From Minisyncoccota bacterium (GTDB lineage Bacteria > Patescibacteriota > Minisyncoccia > Phycocordibacterales > UBA9973), in assembly GCA_036405895.1 (NCBI GenBank), contig DASWWS010000002.1, positions 124,029 through 188,028 on the forward strand: a DNA stretch of 64,000 nt, given 5' to 3'. Positions 36,174 to 45,288 of this stretch are shown here, piece by piece (within the stretch, counting starts at the first letter, position 1; the number at the start of each line of letters is the position of its first letter). The notes under the pieces were generated by a model. That model saw nothing but the letters and a program-made list of their open reading frames with translations, was not told the DNA's origin and ran no database searches. The translations under genes and the position numbers were made by a program.

Positions 36174-36596
36174 TTATTTCTTTGCTGCCTTAGGAAGCTT
36201 GGTACCGTAGAGTGAGCGGCTCTTTCGGCGCTTTTCAATACCCTGAGTATCAAGAACACCGCGTACTACGTGGTAGCGTACACCGATCAAGTCCTTTACG
36301 CGGCCTCCGCGGATCATTACCACTGAGTGTTCCTGAAGGTTGTGCCCTTCACCTGGGATGTAGCCGGTTACTTCCTGACCGTTGGTAAGGCGAATACGAG
36401 CAATTTTTCGAATCGCAGAGTTAGGCTTCTTTGGAGTAGTGGTAGTTACCTTTGTACACACGCCACGCTTAAACGGAGACGGATAGAATACCGGCTTGTT
36501 GTGGATGTGGTTCATGCCGCGCGACAAAGCAATCGCTTTTGGTTTGCGACGGACATTTACGCGGGGTCGTTTGATAAGTTGACTGATTCGAGCCAT
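36174..36596 (-). CDS. rpsL: 30S ribosomal protein S12
   Basis: Family match, including the conserved PKKPNSA region. Confidence 0.9.
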   Translation of the reverse strand: MARISQLIKRPRVNVRRKPKAIALSRGMNHIHNKPVFYPSPFKRGVCTKVTTTTPKKPNSAIRKIARIRLTNGQEVTGYIPGEGHNLQEHSVVMIRGGRVKDLIGVRYHVVRGVLDTQGIEKRRKSRSLYGTKLPKAAKK

Positions 36597-36635
36597 GTCC
36601 GAGCATGGTACTACAGGTAGGAAAAAGAATCAAGC

Positions 36636-38564
36636 CTATACGCCAAATCGCTTTCGAAAGAGCCCGGCGCGGGTCGAAAACGGCGCTGTTACCGTACTGG
36701 TTCCCTGCCCTACTACCGCTCCTGGGTCGGAGACAACTGCATAAAAAGTGCCATCCGGCAGGTTAAGATACGCCCGCCCATATACTGAGGAGAGTGCCTT
36801 TACTACCGGAGTATTAGTCTCCTTTTCAAAGACCGTGATAAGCTTCCCGTCAATCGGAAGCTCGGCGGCTTTTGAAAGGAACACGCTCGCATAAGACCCG
36901 AATACTCCCACCGCTCGAAAGAGAGCAACAAGAACATATCCGGCACACAGCAAGAGTGAAACAAGGCTTGGGAAGAAAATGACATGCAATACTGACGCCA
37001 ATAAGCCGATGCCGAAAATGAGAAAGGCTCCATTGGTAAGCGCCACCTCATGATAGAGCAAGAACTCTTTAAATGAAGTAATAACAGGAGCAATGGGCGC
37101 ACCGCCCTGCACTGGAACATCAAATGGCTGTACTGGCTGGTTACCTCGAATAAGGATTGGTTGGTCGCTATATATAGTGTTGTACAAAAGTGGCGCTGCT
37201 GTAGCAAAGCCTAAGGGCGCATTCTGTGCGTCAATGCGAAGCGTGTATGCGCCGTCCGGAACTGCTGCGCTAAACGACCCGTCGCTTTGCGTAATAGCCA
37301 CAACCGCAACCGCACCGTAAGAATTCGTAAGAGTTACGTGCGCAAGCGCGACCGGGCGATGTGTTGCACTGTCATAGACTATCCCCCACGGCTTGACCGC
37401 AGGAGTAATGCCAAGCACCACCAGCAGGTTCTGCCATAAAAGATACGGGAAAAGAAGAAGCTCTTCAGCACCTGCAACTGGTACAACAATAAACAATGCA
37501 AGCGCGAGGGCGATAACAATGATCAGTCCAGCGATAGCAAGAGTACGGAGAAGAGTTTGAACAAAGGGGTCAGCCATCAATTCCGCCAGTGCGCGGTTCA
37601 TTGCATCAAACAGTGTCTGTATCCATGCAATCACCATGCGCAAAAATTCGATGACACGATCACGCGCTTCGGGGAGCTCTATGGTAACAACATTCGTAAT
37701 CGTATCAATGACCGGTGTAATGATAGGGATGCCGGGGTCAGCAGGAGCTGGCTCCTCTATTTCACCGCCGCCTGGGGTAACAGCCCCCGGAGTACCGGGG
37801 GTACCGGGGTTTTGAGAGGGCGGGGTGACAGGAGTGCCCGGTTCTGTTGGCTCTGTAGGATCTATTGGGTAGACAGGGTCAGGATATTCACTGTTTCCTC
37901 CGTCAATACACTCGGGGTCCTCATCATCAACAAATCCATCATTGTCATCGTCAGCGCTGTTGCTGCACTGCGTTACGGTTCCCTCTGGCTGGTCTGGACG
38001 GTAGCGCACAGGACGGTAGTCAGTACGCAAACAGTCGGCTCGAACGGTACAGTTAAATTCGATCCAACCGTAATTCTCGCTCCATGCATACCCAATATCG
38101 CCTCCCACGCCCCTAAAGTATCCCGCTCCATCAATCTGCACTTGCGGTGCATCATTGTTTTCAAACGGACCAAAATTAATCCAGCCGGTATTTTCTCCCC
38201 ATGCAAAACCGTACAGTGTACCGTTTCGGTCAATATCCACTTCAAAGCGCCCGTTCTCATCATTACATCCGCTCGAAGTACTGTCACAGCTCATCACGAT
38301 ATAGCCTGCAATCACCCCCCATGCAAAACCGTACAAGCCGTCATCGGTGATATGGATGTTGTAGTCTTCGGCTGTCGAGAATTTTCCGAAGTTAATTCGG
38401 TCGTCAGTATTGCCGTTGCCCACGTCCGGTGGATTCAAAAAATGAACGAGATAGTTTCCGTCTTCATACGGATCAATCGTACCGTCGTCTACGGCTGCAT
38501 GTGCGCTTGCGCTAAAAAATAATCCGAGAAGGATTAGAAGGAGAGATGCAAGGCGCAATTTCAT
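36636..38564 (-). CDS. Large cell-surface/membrane protein. Signal peptide, three 'G(F/Y)AWxENxGWIxF' repeats, Asp-rich Cys-containing segment, Pro/Thr linker, and a C-terminal multi-TM domain.
   Basis: Repeats GFAWGVIAGYIVM, GFAWGENTGWINF and GYAWSENYGWIEF. Start moved to MKLRLASLLLILLG. Shares the repeat type with 57535..59019. Confidence 0.55.
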   Translation of the reverse strand: MKLRLASLLLILLGLFFSASAHAAVDDGTIDPYEDGNYLVHFLNPPDVGNGNTDDRINFGKFSTAEDYNIHITDDGLYGFAWGVIAGYIVMSCDSTSSGCNDENGRFEVDIDRNGTLYGFAWGENTGWINFGPFENNDAPQVQIDGAGYFRGVGGDIGYAWSENYGWIEFNCTVRADCLRTDYRPVRYRPDQPEGTVTQCSNSADDDNDGFVDDEDPECIDGGNSEYPDPVYPIDPTEPTEPGTPVTPPSQNPGTPGTPGAVTPGGGEIEEPAPADPGIPIITPVIDTITNVVTIELPEARDRVIEFLRMVIAWIQTLFDAMNRALAELMADPFVQTLLRTLAIAGLIIVIALALALFIVVPVAGAEELLLFPYLLWQNLLVVLGITPAVKPWGIVYDSATHRPVALAHVTLTNSYGAVAVVAITQSDGSFSAAVPDGAYTLRIDAQNAPLGFATAAPLLYNTIYSDQPILIRGNQPVQPFDVPVQGGAPIAPVITSFKEFLLYHEVALTNGAFLIFGIGLLASVLHVIFFPSLVSLLLCAGYVLVALFRAVGVFGSYASVFLSKAAELPIDGKLITVFEKETNTPVVKALSSVYGRAYLNLPDGTFYAVVSDPGAVVGQGTSTVTAPFSTRAGLFRKRFGV

Positions 38565-38571
38565 AGAAGCA

Positions 38572-39213
38572 TTATAACGCAATGCCGGTAAGGAGTGAAT
38601 ACAACTTATACGCAAACGGTATTATTACGGTAAATTTGTATTCCAAAACAATAAGAAGAACAAGTGCGGGGAGACTGTATTGTTCGAGTACTCGCATTGT
38701 TGGGAGTGCGCGCCACGGCAACACCGATGAAAGAAATCGAAAGCCGTCCAGAGGTGCAAGTGGAATGCTATTGAAAATAGCAAGAACAATATTGATAATA
38801 ACAATGATGCTAAGAATTTCAATAACGGGAATAGAAACGTTGTGCGTTGCCATAAGTACACGAATCACTAAGCCGCACACGATTGCAACAGCAAAGTTTA
38901 CAGCGATGCCTGCAATAGCAACCCTTGCCTCGCTTTTTCTTCCATTCCGAAGATTCTCCGCTACATAGGGTACTGGCTTTGCCCAACCAACTACAAACCC
39001 GGTTGGTATTAAAAGAAGGGGTACCAATACAGATCCTACCCAATCAAGATGCTTTAACGGATTAAGGGTGATACGCCCCAGCATACGCGCCGTCGGGTCC
39101 CCTTCCCGCTCAGCAGCAAGCCCGTGCGCCACTTCATGCACAATGATGCTGGCGATTAAAATGAGGAAGTGAAAGACGGAAATTTGCCATGTCATGGCAC
39201 CAGTATACATCAA
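38572..39213 (-). CDS. Site-2 protease family (peptidase M50) zinc metalloprotease
   Basis: HEVAHG HExxH motif in a TM helix, plus the downstream LDG motif. Multi-TM protein. Confidence 0.75.
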   Translation of the reverse strand: MMYTGAMTWQISVFHFLILIASIIVHEVAHGLAAEREGDPTARMLGRITLNPLKHLDWVGSVLVPLLLIPTGFVVGWAKPVPYVAENLRNGRKSEARVAIAGIAVNFAVAIVCGLVIRVLMATHNVSIPVIEILSIIVIINIVLAIFNSIPLAPLDGFRFLSSVLPWRALPTMRVLEQYSLPALVLLIVLEYKFTVIIPFAYKLYSLLTGIAL

Positions 39214-39259
39214 AAAAGGAGTTGCATATCCCTATGCCCTATGGTACTATCTGTCCACT

Positions 39260-39505
39260 ATGGCAAAAGAATGCATGATTACAGGAAAGAGCTCTCAGAT
39301 GGGCGGAAAATACGCAAACCGCACCCGTGCGACTATCTTTACTCCGACGGGCAACCACCGCAAGTATGCAAACCTTCAAAAGAAGCGCGTATACGTGCCA
39401 GAAATCGATAAGACCCTTACTCTTACCGTTTCTACCAAAGGCCTTCGCACTATCCAAAAGAACGGTGCCTACAACGCTCTCCGAACAGCAGGCGTACTCA
39501 AATAA
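39260..39505 (+). CDS. rpmB: 50S ribosomal protein L28
   Basis: MAKECMITGKSSQMGGKYANRTRATIFTPTGN...VSTKGLRTIQKNG matches L28. The ORF-track upstream extension was rejected. Confidence 0.85.
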   Translation: MAKECMITGKSSQMGGKYANRTRATIFTPTGNHRKYANLQKKRVYVPEIDKTLTLTVSTKGLRTIQKNGAYNALRTAGVLK

Positions 39506-39513
39506 TTAAAACA

Positions 39514-39544
39514 AAAGACCCCGCGAATCGGGGTCTTTTGTTTT
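39514..39544 (+). terminator. Intrinsic terminator AAAAGACCCCGCGAATCGGGGTCTTTTGTTTT
   Basis: Hairpin plus T-run after rpmB. Confidence 0.8.
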
Positions 39545-39601
39545 GAGACTATTTGTCAGTCTGCCTTACTCGTGTTAGAGTGTGGGCAAAACCGAGACCA
39601 C

Positions 39602-39763
39602 ATGAAAAAATTTTTTACTTCCACCGGACTTTTTTTACTCAGTATTCTTCTTCTAGGATTTTTTAAAAAAGAAGAACCGTCCGAACAGCAGCCTGTTTCA
39701 GAGCCTGACAGTACTAAAGAATACACAGGAGAAGCTGCTGGCGAACTCGGTATTGGGGCGTAA
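39602..39763 (+). CDS. Small secreted/lipo-protein (53 aa) hypothetical
   Basis: MKKFFTSTGLFLLSILLLGFF signal peptide. Followed by the terminator GCACTCTTCCACATAGTGGAAGAGTGC-TTTTTT. Confidence 0.4.
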   Translation: MKKFFTSTGLFLLSILLLGFFKKEEPSEQQPVSEPDSTKEYTGEAAGELGIGA

Positions 39764-39806
39764 TGCGAATCAATGCACTCTTCCACTATGTGGAAGAGTG
39801 CATTTT

Positions 39807-40670
39807 TTATTTCATATACCATTTTACCCCGTCGGTCTGAAGCGTTACTGTCCCCTTTTGCTGCGTACTGATGAAGGGGATAGAAAATTGCTCTAACCGA
39901 TTAGTCACTTCTTTTGCCGGGTGTCCGTAGCTATTAGCAACGCCAGCAGAAACAAGGCCGAGCATCGGACTGGTCGCGGTGAGAAATGCTGCACTGGTCG
40001 AAGTTTTTGACCCATGGTGTCCAAGTTTCAAAATGTCCACATCTACTGCCTTCGGATTTTCTGCTGAAAGAAAATGCTCAACAGATGACGGCGAGTCTCC
40101 TGTTAAGAGCATGCTCGTATCCCCCATCTGCAACCTTCCCACAACAGACGAGCTGTTTGTTTCCCAAAATGCCGTAGACCTGTCGGGAAACAGAATACTA
40201 AAATCTGTTTTTAGGAGTGGGTCGCTATCAAGCGCAATATTCATTCCGCGACGCGCATAGTATGCGGGAATAGTTCTCTTCTGCAGTTCTGCAAACAATG
40301 CTCGAAACTGCTCCGTATCAGTCACAGTATTGGGTGTAAGAAACAACCCCACATCATAGCGCGCGAATACAAGCGGAAGCCCTCCAATATGGTCGGCATC
40401 CGGGTGTGTGGCTATCACTACATCAATACTGCGGTCACCTCGCGGCATCACGCGCGCAAGCTCAGTCAATACTTTTGCATCCTTGCCCGCATCAACAAGT
40501 ATTTGCCTTCCGTTTTTTGCCTGTATCAAAAAACTGTCGCCTTGTCCCACGTTGAGCATATAGACCTCTGCCCGGCCGTCCTCTTTTTTCGGAATCATGA
40601 GAATACACCCTAAACCAAGACCGAGTGTGATGAGTATCATCGTTGCCAGTGTTTGAGGTTTACGGTTCAT
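39807..40670 (-). CDS. Membrane-anchored metallo-beta-lactamase-fold protein corresponding to the ComEC C-terminal nuclease domain
   Basis: LNVGQGDSFLI...HPDADHIGGL, the HxHxDH motif of the MBL fold, as found at the C-terminus of ComEC/Rec2. Confidence 0.7.
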   Translation of the reverse strand: MNRKPQTLATMILITLGLGLGCILMIPKKEDGRAEVYMLNVGQGDSFLIQAKNGRQILVDAGKDAKVLTELARVMPRGDRSIDVVIATHPDADHIGGLPLVFARYDVGLFLTPNTVTDTEQFRALFAELQKRTIPAYYARRGMNIALDSDPLLKTDFSILFPDRSTAFWETNSSSVVGRLQMGDTSMLLTGDSPSSVEHFLSAENPKAVDVDILKLGHHGSKTSTSAAFLTATSPMLGLVSAGVANSYGHPAKEVTNRLEQFSIPFISTQQKGTVTLQTDGVKWYMK

Positions 40671-41274
40671 GATAATAGTATATGATGAAAGTATGTATAC
40701 CGAAAAAACATTCACTATTGCTCCGTTTGCAAGTCTGTCCAAGAAATCAATAGAAGAGCACAAAAAGCTGTATGCGGGCTATGTAAAGAACGCAAACCTT
40801 GTTTTGGAAAAACTTGCTTCCTATAAGGATGACGAGTCAAAAGCATATGAGACCGCTGAGCTATATCGCCAATTTTCTTTTGAATTCAACGGCATGCGCA
40901 ATCACGAATGTTACTTTGCACTTCTTGATGGAAAGAGTGAGCTTGATAATGACAGCACACTTCTCGGTGCCATCAGTGCACAATGGGGCGATATGCAAAC
41001 ATTTAAAGACGCATTCCTCACACTTGCGCTTACCCGCGGTATCGGCTGGGCAATGCTCTCATACGACAAAGCGCAGAACAATTTAGTAATGCACTGGGTG
41101 GACGAACAGCACCTTGGACAGCTGCAAGGCACAACTGCAATCATCGCGCTCGATATGTGGGAGCACTCCTATGTTGCCGACTATCAGCCGTCCGGTAAAA
41201 AACAGTATGTAACAGACTTCATTGAGAATATGAACTGGTCTGCGGCAGAAGATTTTTTCGCACGCGCGAAATAA
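40669..41274 (+). CDS. sodA: Fe/Mn superoxide dismutase-like protein
   Basis: N-terminal His region IEEHKKLYAGYV. NGMRNHECYFALL matches the GGxxNHxxFW region. C-terminal DMWEHSYVADY...NW matches the DxWEHAYY signature. Confidence 0.7.
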   Translation: MIIVYDESMYTEKTFTIAPFASLSKKSIEEHKKLYAGYVKNANLVLEKLASYKDDESKAYETAELYRQFSFEFNGMRNHECYFALLDGKSELDNDSTLLGAISAQWGDMQTFKDAFLTLALTRGIGWAMLSYDKAQNNLVMHWVDEQHLGQLQGTTAIIALDMWEHSYVADYQPSGKKQYVTDFIENMNWSAAEDFFARAK

Positions 41275-42685
41275 ATTCCGAGAGCTCTCCCTTAAAGAGG
41301 GTGAGAAAAAATAAACAGTAGATTCCAACAACACTCCATGCCGAAAGGTCTGGAGTGTTATAGAGAGGAAGCAATGAAAACAATTGGAGTCCCTCTATCA
41401 CTACAGTTCCCACAAATGAAAGCAGTGCGCCTAACGCAGCCGCAACAGGAGCAATAAAAGAGCTTATGAGAACAACGGCTCCTCCTATCATAATCACGGG
41501 GGTAGCAACACCAAGAAAAATATTTGCTGGCACTGACGCAAGCGGAGCTATTCCTGCAAAATACATGAGATATGGCAGCATAAACAACGGCAGTAGCACC
41601 GCAAGCATCACAAGCTCCCGTATATTTACTATTGCGGTTTTTGGAATAAATGAAAACAGCATTTCGGCTTTTGGAATCACAGTGACCATACAAAGCGTTG
41701 CAAGAAATGAGAGATGAAAGCCGGGGTCGTAAAAAACCATTAGGGGCGACCAGAAGAAAAATACTATATAGCTAATAAACAGCGCTCGGAGGGCATTGTA
41801 TTCTTGAAGTCCCATCGTTGCCAAAAGTGCAATAGAACCCATCACTCCTGCACGCACAGCGGCAACCCCGGCCCCGCTGATAAGAACAAGAAAAATGATC
41901 CCAAAAAATGTCAGTACAAGGCGCACTCGAGTAGGAACACTGCGAAACATCACTCCAATAAATCCGCCCAAGAGGGTAATGTTGTAGCCTGAAAGGACTA
42001 ATACATGAAGCACTCCTGTAGTGCGAAAGAGGTCTTCTGTATCTTTTGGTATGCCGCCTTGGTACCCAAGCACCATACCAGAAACAATGCCGTCGACAGG
42101 AAATGAAATATGCCGGACAAATATATCAGAGAGCACATAGCGAGCAGTTGCAGCAACCCGTCGTGCGCTGAGAGCTCCAACGTGAACAAGAGCAATTTCG
42201 CTATCGTACATCACTGCAACAATACCTTTGCTTTCCAAATAATCCTTGTATGCAAAAAGCCTCCCTGTATCAGTAATAAAATCCTGTGGTTGCTCAACAA
42301 TACCGGTGATACTAACAATATCTCCGGGTACTACTGAAAGTGCTTCATATACAGTGACCTGTATTCTTTGGGAATAAGCCTCATCGCGTACTGTAAGGTT
42401 TGTACGGTCAAGCTCTCTGTTAACTGAGAGTACTGTTGCTTCAACTCTTCGCTCTCCAAACAATTCCAGCTGTAGCACCGTTTGCCGACTCCACACCAAA
42501 AGTCCTCCGATGATGCAAAAAATCACTACTGCACTTCCGGCTACCATCCCCTTTTTACTCGATACATACAGCCATGTGCACGCACCGAAAAATATACTAA
42601 TAAGGGCTAATTGTAAAAACGATACTCCAAACACATGGAACAATGCCGCACCGAAAGTAAGAAAAAGTATGGCAATCTCTACCAT
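41219..42685 (-). CDS. comEC: ComEC/Rec2 competence-domain membrane protein (DUF4131 plus the Competence domain, without an MBL domain)
   Basis: 488 aa polytopic protein. Conserved GAGVAAVRAGVMG region of the ComEC channel domain. Confidence 0.7.
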   Translation of the reverse strand: MVEIAILFLTFGAALFHVFGVSFLQLALISIFFGACTWLYVSSKKGMVAGSAVVIFCIIGGLLVWSRQTVLQLELFGERRVEATVLSVNRELDRTNLTVRDEAYSQRIQVTVYEALSVVPGDIVSITGIVEQPQDFITDTGRLFAYKDYLESKGIVAVMYDSEIALVHVGALSARRVAATARYVLSDIFVRHISFPVDGIVSGMVLGYQGGIPKDTEDLFRTTGVLHVLVLSGYNITLLGGFIGVMFRSVPTRVRLVLTFFGIIFLVLISGAGVAAVRAGVMGSIALLATMGLQEYNALRALFISYIVFFFWSPLMVFYDPGFHLSFLATLCMVTVIPKAEMLFSFIPKTAIVNIRELVMLAVLLPLFMLPYLMYFAGIAPLASVPANIFLGVATPVIMIGGAVVLISSFIAPVAAALGALLSFVGTVVIEGLQLFSLLPLYNTPDLSAWSVVGIYCLFFLTLFKGELSEFISRVRKNLLPQTSSYSQ

Positions 42686-42730
42686 ACTTTCACTCTAGCA
42701 AAACCACTATTAAATTTTCTTTAAGAGTAC

Positions 42731-42769
42731 CTAACGAGGACGGTCCTCGTTAGAAGGACCGTTCTTCTG
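42731..42769. terminator. GGACGGTCC-core hairpins (CTAACGAGGACGGTCCTCGTTAG plus a degenerate AGAAGGACCGTTCTTCT)
   Basis: Between comEC-N and rnhA. Confidence 0.65.
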
Positions 42770-42773
42770 AAAT

Positions 42774-43523
42774 TTAGAGAAGGCTTGCGAGGGTGTACTC
42801 TTGGATAAGTCCTGTTTCTTCACCCTTTGAAAATACCTTTTTATACTTTGCACCCTTCTTTCCTTTCACCCGCGCTTCGCATTCTGCCCATGTCTTATCG
42901 GTGTACACTTTTCCGCCCACCGATGAAACATAGGAGTATGCGGGACCTGTCTCTTTTTTTGCCCCTGGTTTTTTTACAGGCTTTTGCACTGATTTCGGTG
43001 GAGTATCAATCAGCTGTTGCTCGTATGCTTTCAGTGTTCCGTTAAAAAGGGTGTGGGGATTTTTCAACGCAGCCGCAACAGCAAGTTCGTCGCAGCGGTC
43101 ATTGTATTGGTGCCCGCTGTGTCCTTCGACTTTCACCAATTCAAGTTGTTTTCCAAAGTGGTCGCGCAGTTCCAAAAGCGCCTGCCACTGTATTTTGTTT
43201 TCCACGGGCTTTTTTGTTGCCGTGAGCCAGCCATTTCTTTTCCACCCATCGAGCCAGCTCTCAAGGCCACGGAGTACGTAGATCGAGTCGGCGTGCACCA
43301 ACACTTTCGCATCAGGAAAATGCTTCTTTGCATATTCCAATCCCTTTTCTACTGCCAAAAGCTCCATTTGGTTATTGGTCGCAGGGGTAACATTGCCGGC
43401 AAGCTCTACTGCTTTTGTGTCAGTCATCACTATTGCCGCCCACCCCCCGGGGCCTGGGTTTCCACGTGAAGCGCCGTCAGTATAAATCGTTACAGTGTTT
43501 TTCATCGAATCATTATATGACAA
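42774..43523 (-). CDS. rnhA: Ribonuclease HI with a C-terminal hybrid-binding-domain (HBD/Cauli_VI-like) extension
   Basis: N-terminal YTDGASRGNPGPGGWAAI RNase H motif. C-terminal YSYVSSVGGKVYTDKTWAECEARVKGKKGAKYKKVFSKGEE matches the RNase H1 N-terminal HBD consensus. Confidence 0.8.
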   Translation of the reverse strand: MSYNDSMKNTVTIYTDGASRGNPGPGGWAAIVMTDTKAVELAGNVTPATNNQMELLAVEKGLEYAKKHFPDAKVLVHADSIYVLRGLESWLDGWKRNGWLTATKKPVENKIQWQALLELRDHFGKQLELVKVEGHSGHQYNDRCDELAVAAALKNPHTLFNGTLKAYEQQLIDTPPKSVQKPVKKPGAKKETGPAYSYVSSVGGKVYTDKTWAECEARVKGKKGAKYKKVFSKGEETGLIQEYTLASLL

Positions 43524-43647
43524 AAAACAAGAATAGTCCCTGAGAACCGACTAACGGAGCCTGTCTGAGGCGAGTTGGAAGAATTCAACAGCCAGAAAAA
43601 TATGTGTGTGGTTCGAAGGGAGCTATTCTTATTTTTTGGAGTATTTC

Positions 43648-45288
43648 TTATAAAACCTCCCGTATTCTGAGGCGCACTCCGCTTCGAAAGCCTGGTTCGA
43701 GTGTTGCAGTAAAAGAAATGGTTGCGCCTGGAGAACACTGTGCGCACAGTTCATCGCTCGCAAAAAACGTAAACGCTGTCATGCTTGCAGTCGCGTCCTG
43801 CACCACACATTCCAAATGCTCGCGTGTTTTGCCGAACTTTTTCGCACTTACCACTTCAACATCTTTGAACAAAAACAATGGTTCAGGATTTCCTACCCCA
43901 AACGGTGCAAATCTTCTGATAACCTGATGGTGGCGAGTCGTTGCAATAGCAAGTGGGACTTCTATCGGTGTATGCGCAATGACTGCCTTTTCTGTATCCC
44001 CCACAGTTTCAATCGCACCATTGAGCGCATCTTCTAAAAAGTGTACCTGTTCTTTGCTCACAGAAAACCCGCCCGCTGCCTGGTGTCCTCCTGCGTGAAG
44101 AATCGCTCCTTCGGGAAGCGCCTGAAACAAATACGCGGCATGGTGCACTGCAATCATCCGGCATGAGCCTTTGAGGCTTCCGTCCCCCGCCTCGCCCCAC
44201 ACAAAAAAGCTTCGCTCGTACGTTTCCTGCAGCTTGTTTGCAACCAATCCTAAGACTGCTGGGCGCCATGTCGGGTCGCCAATTACCACAATAGCAGGCA
44301 GTTCGCGCGTGGAGAGGCGCGCATGCGCTTCTTTTACAATGCGTGCCACCAAAAGCTTTCGCTCGTTATTTATCTTGTCGAGTTCAGTAACGATAGTCAT
44401 CGCCTCTGATCGGTCCTCAGTTGCAAGCAAATTAAATGCGAGCATCGGGGTACGCATGCGCGACGCAGCATTGAGGCGCGGCGCAACAGTGAATGTCAGA
44501 TCAGTCTCGGAGAGCTTGTCCATCATCAGTCCATTGTTGGCAAAGAGTGTCTTCAAACCAACGCGACGCGTCTTTTTCATCACCATCATGCCGTATGCTA
44601 CAAGGACGCGGTTTTCGCCGGTCAGCGGGACCATGTCTGAGAGTGTTGCGAATCCCACCATGTCGAGGAGCCACTTCTCCCAGCCCGCTACAATGCCGTA
44701 CTCTTTCCCGTATTTTTCCAAAAATGCACGCACAAGCGTGAACGCAACACCTGCTCCGCAAAGGTCTTGATTAGAGTAGGTACCTTTTGCGGGATGCACA
44801 ACAGCGTATGCTGCGGGGTATTCCGGGAGTGGTGCGTGGTGGTCGGTCACTATGCAATCTATCCCGCGGCTTTGCGCGTCTGCAATTTCAGCAAGGGCGG
44901 TAATACCAACGTCCACGGTGAGCATCAGCGTTACTCGCTGTTTTTGCATCTCGTTAATACCAAGCACGCTCACGCCATATCCTTCATCATGGCGGTCCGG
45001 GATATATACTCGTACATAGTCTGCAACACCGAGTGCCTTAAAAAAATCGAGGAGGATTACTGCAGCCGGAATGCCATCGCAGTCATAGTCGGCGTAAATG
45101 CCAATAAATTCTTTCGCATCCACTGCGCGCTTGATGCGTTCAACCGCACGCTCCATGTCCTCAAATTTCCACACGTCGCCAAGGCTGTATGAAGGGAAAA
45201 GGAATTCTTGCTGTGCCTCTGGTGTGAGCCCCATTCGATCAATTAAAATAGCCTGCAATTCATCAGGCGTCGGAGTAGTTGGTTCCAT
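43648..45288 (-). CDS. recJ: single-stranded-DNA-specific exonuclease RecJ
   Basis: DHH motifs (IYADYDCDG and IVTDHHAP) and DHHA1 region. Start at MEPTTPTP, with its ATG inside the palindrome arm at 45286-45288. Confidence 0.85.
   Translation of the reverse strand: MEPTTPTPDELQAILIDRMGLTPEAQQEFLFPSYSLGDVWKFEDMERAVERIKRAVDAKEFIGIYADYDCDGIPAAVILLDFFKALGVADYVRVYIPDRHDEGYGVSVLGINEMQKQRVTLMLTVDVGITALAEIADAQSRGIDCIVTDHHAPLPEYPAAYAVVHPAKGTYSNQDLCGAGVAFTLVRAFLEKYGKEYGIVAGWEKWLLDMVGFATLSDMVPLTGENRVLVAYGMMVMKKTRRVGLKTLFANNGLMMDKLSETDLTFTVAPRLNAASRMRTPMLAFNLLATEDRSEAMTIVTELDKINNERKLLVARIVKEAHARLSTRELPAIVVIGDPTWRPAVLGLVANKLQETYERSFFVWGEAGDGSLKGSCRMIAVHHAAYLFQALPEGAILHAGGHQAAGGFSVSKEQVHFLEDALNGAIETVGDTEKAVIAHTPIEVPLAIATTRHHQVIRRFAPFGVGNPEPLFLFKDVEVVSAKKFGKTREHLECVVQDATASMTAFTFFASDELCAQCSPGATISFTATLEPGFRSGVRLRIREVL

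Noticed and set aside
37557-38522. 321-aa plus-strand ORF
   Set aside because: It is antisense to the large repeat-containing surface protein and has no signal or domain features.
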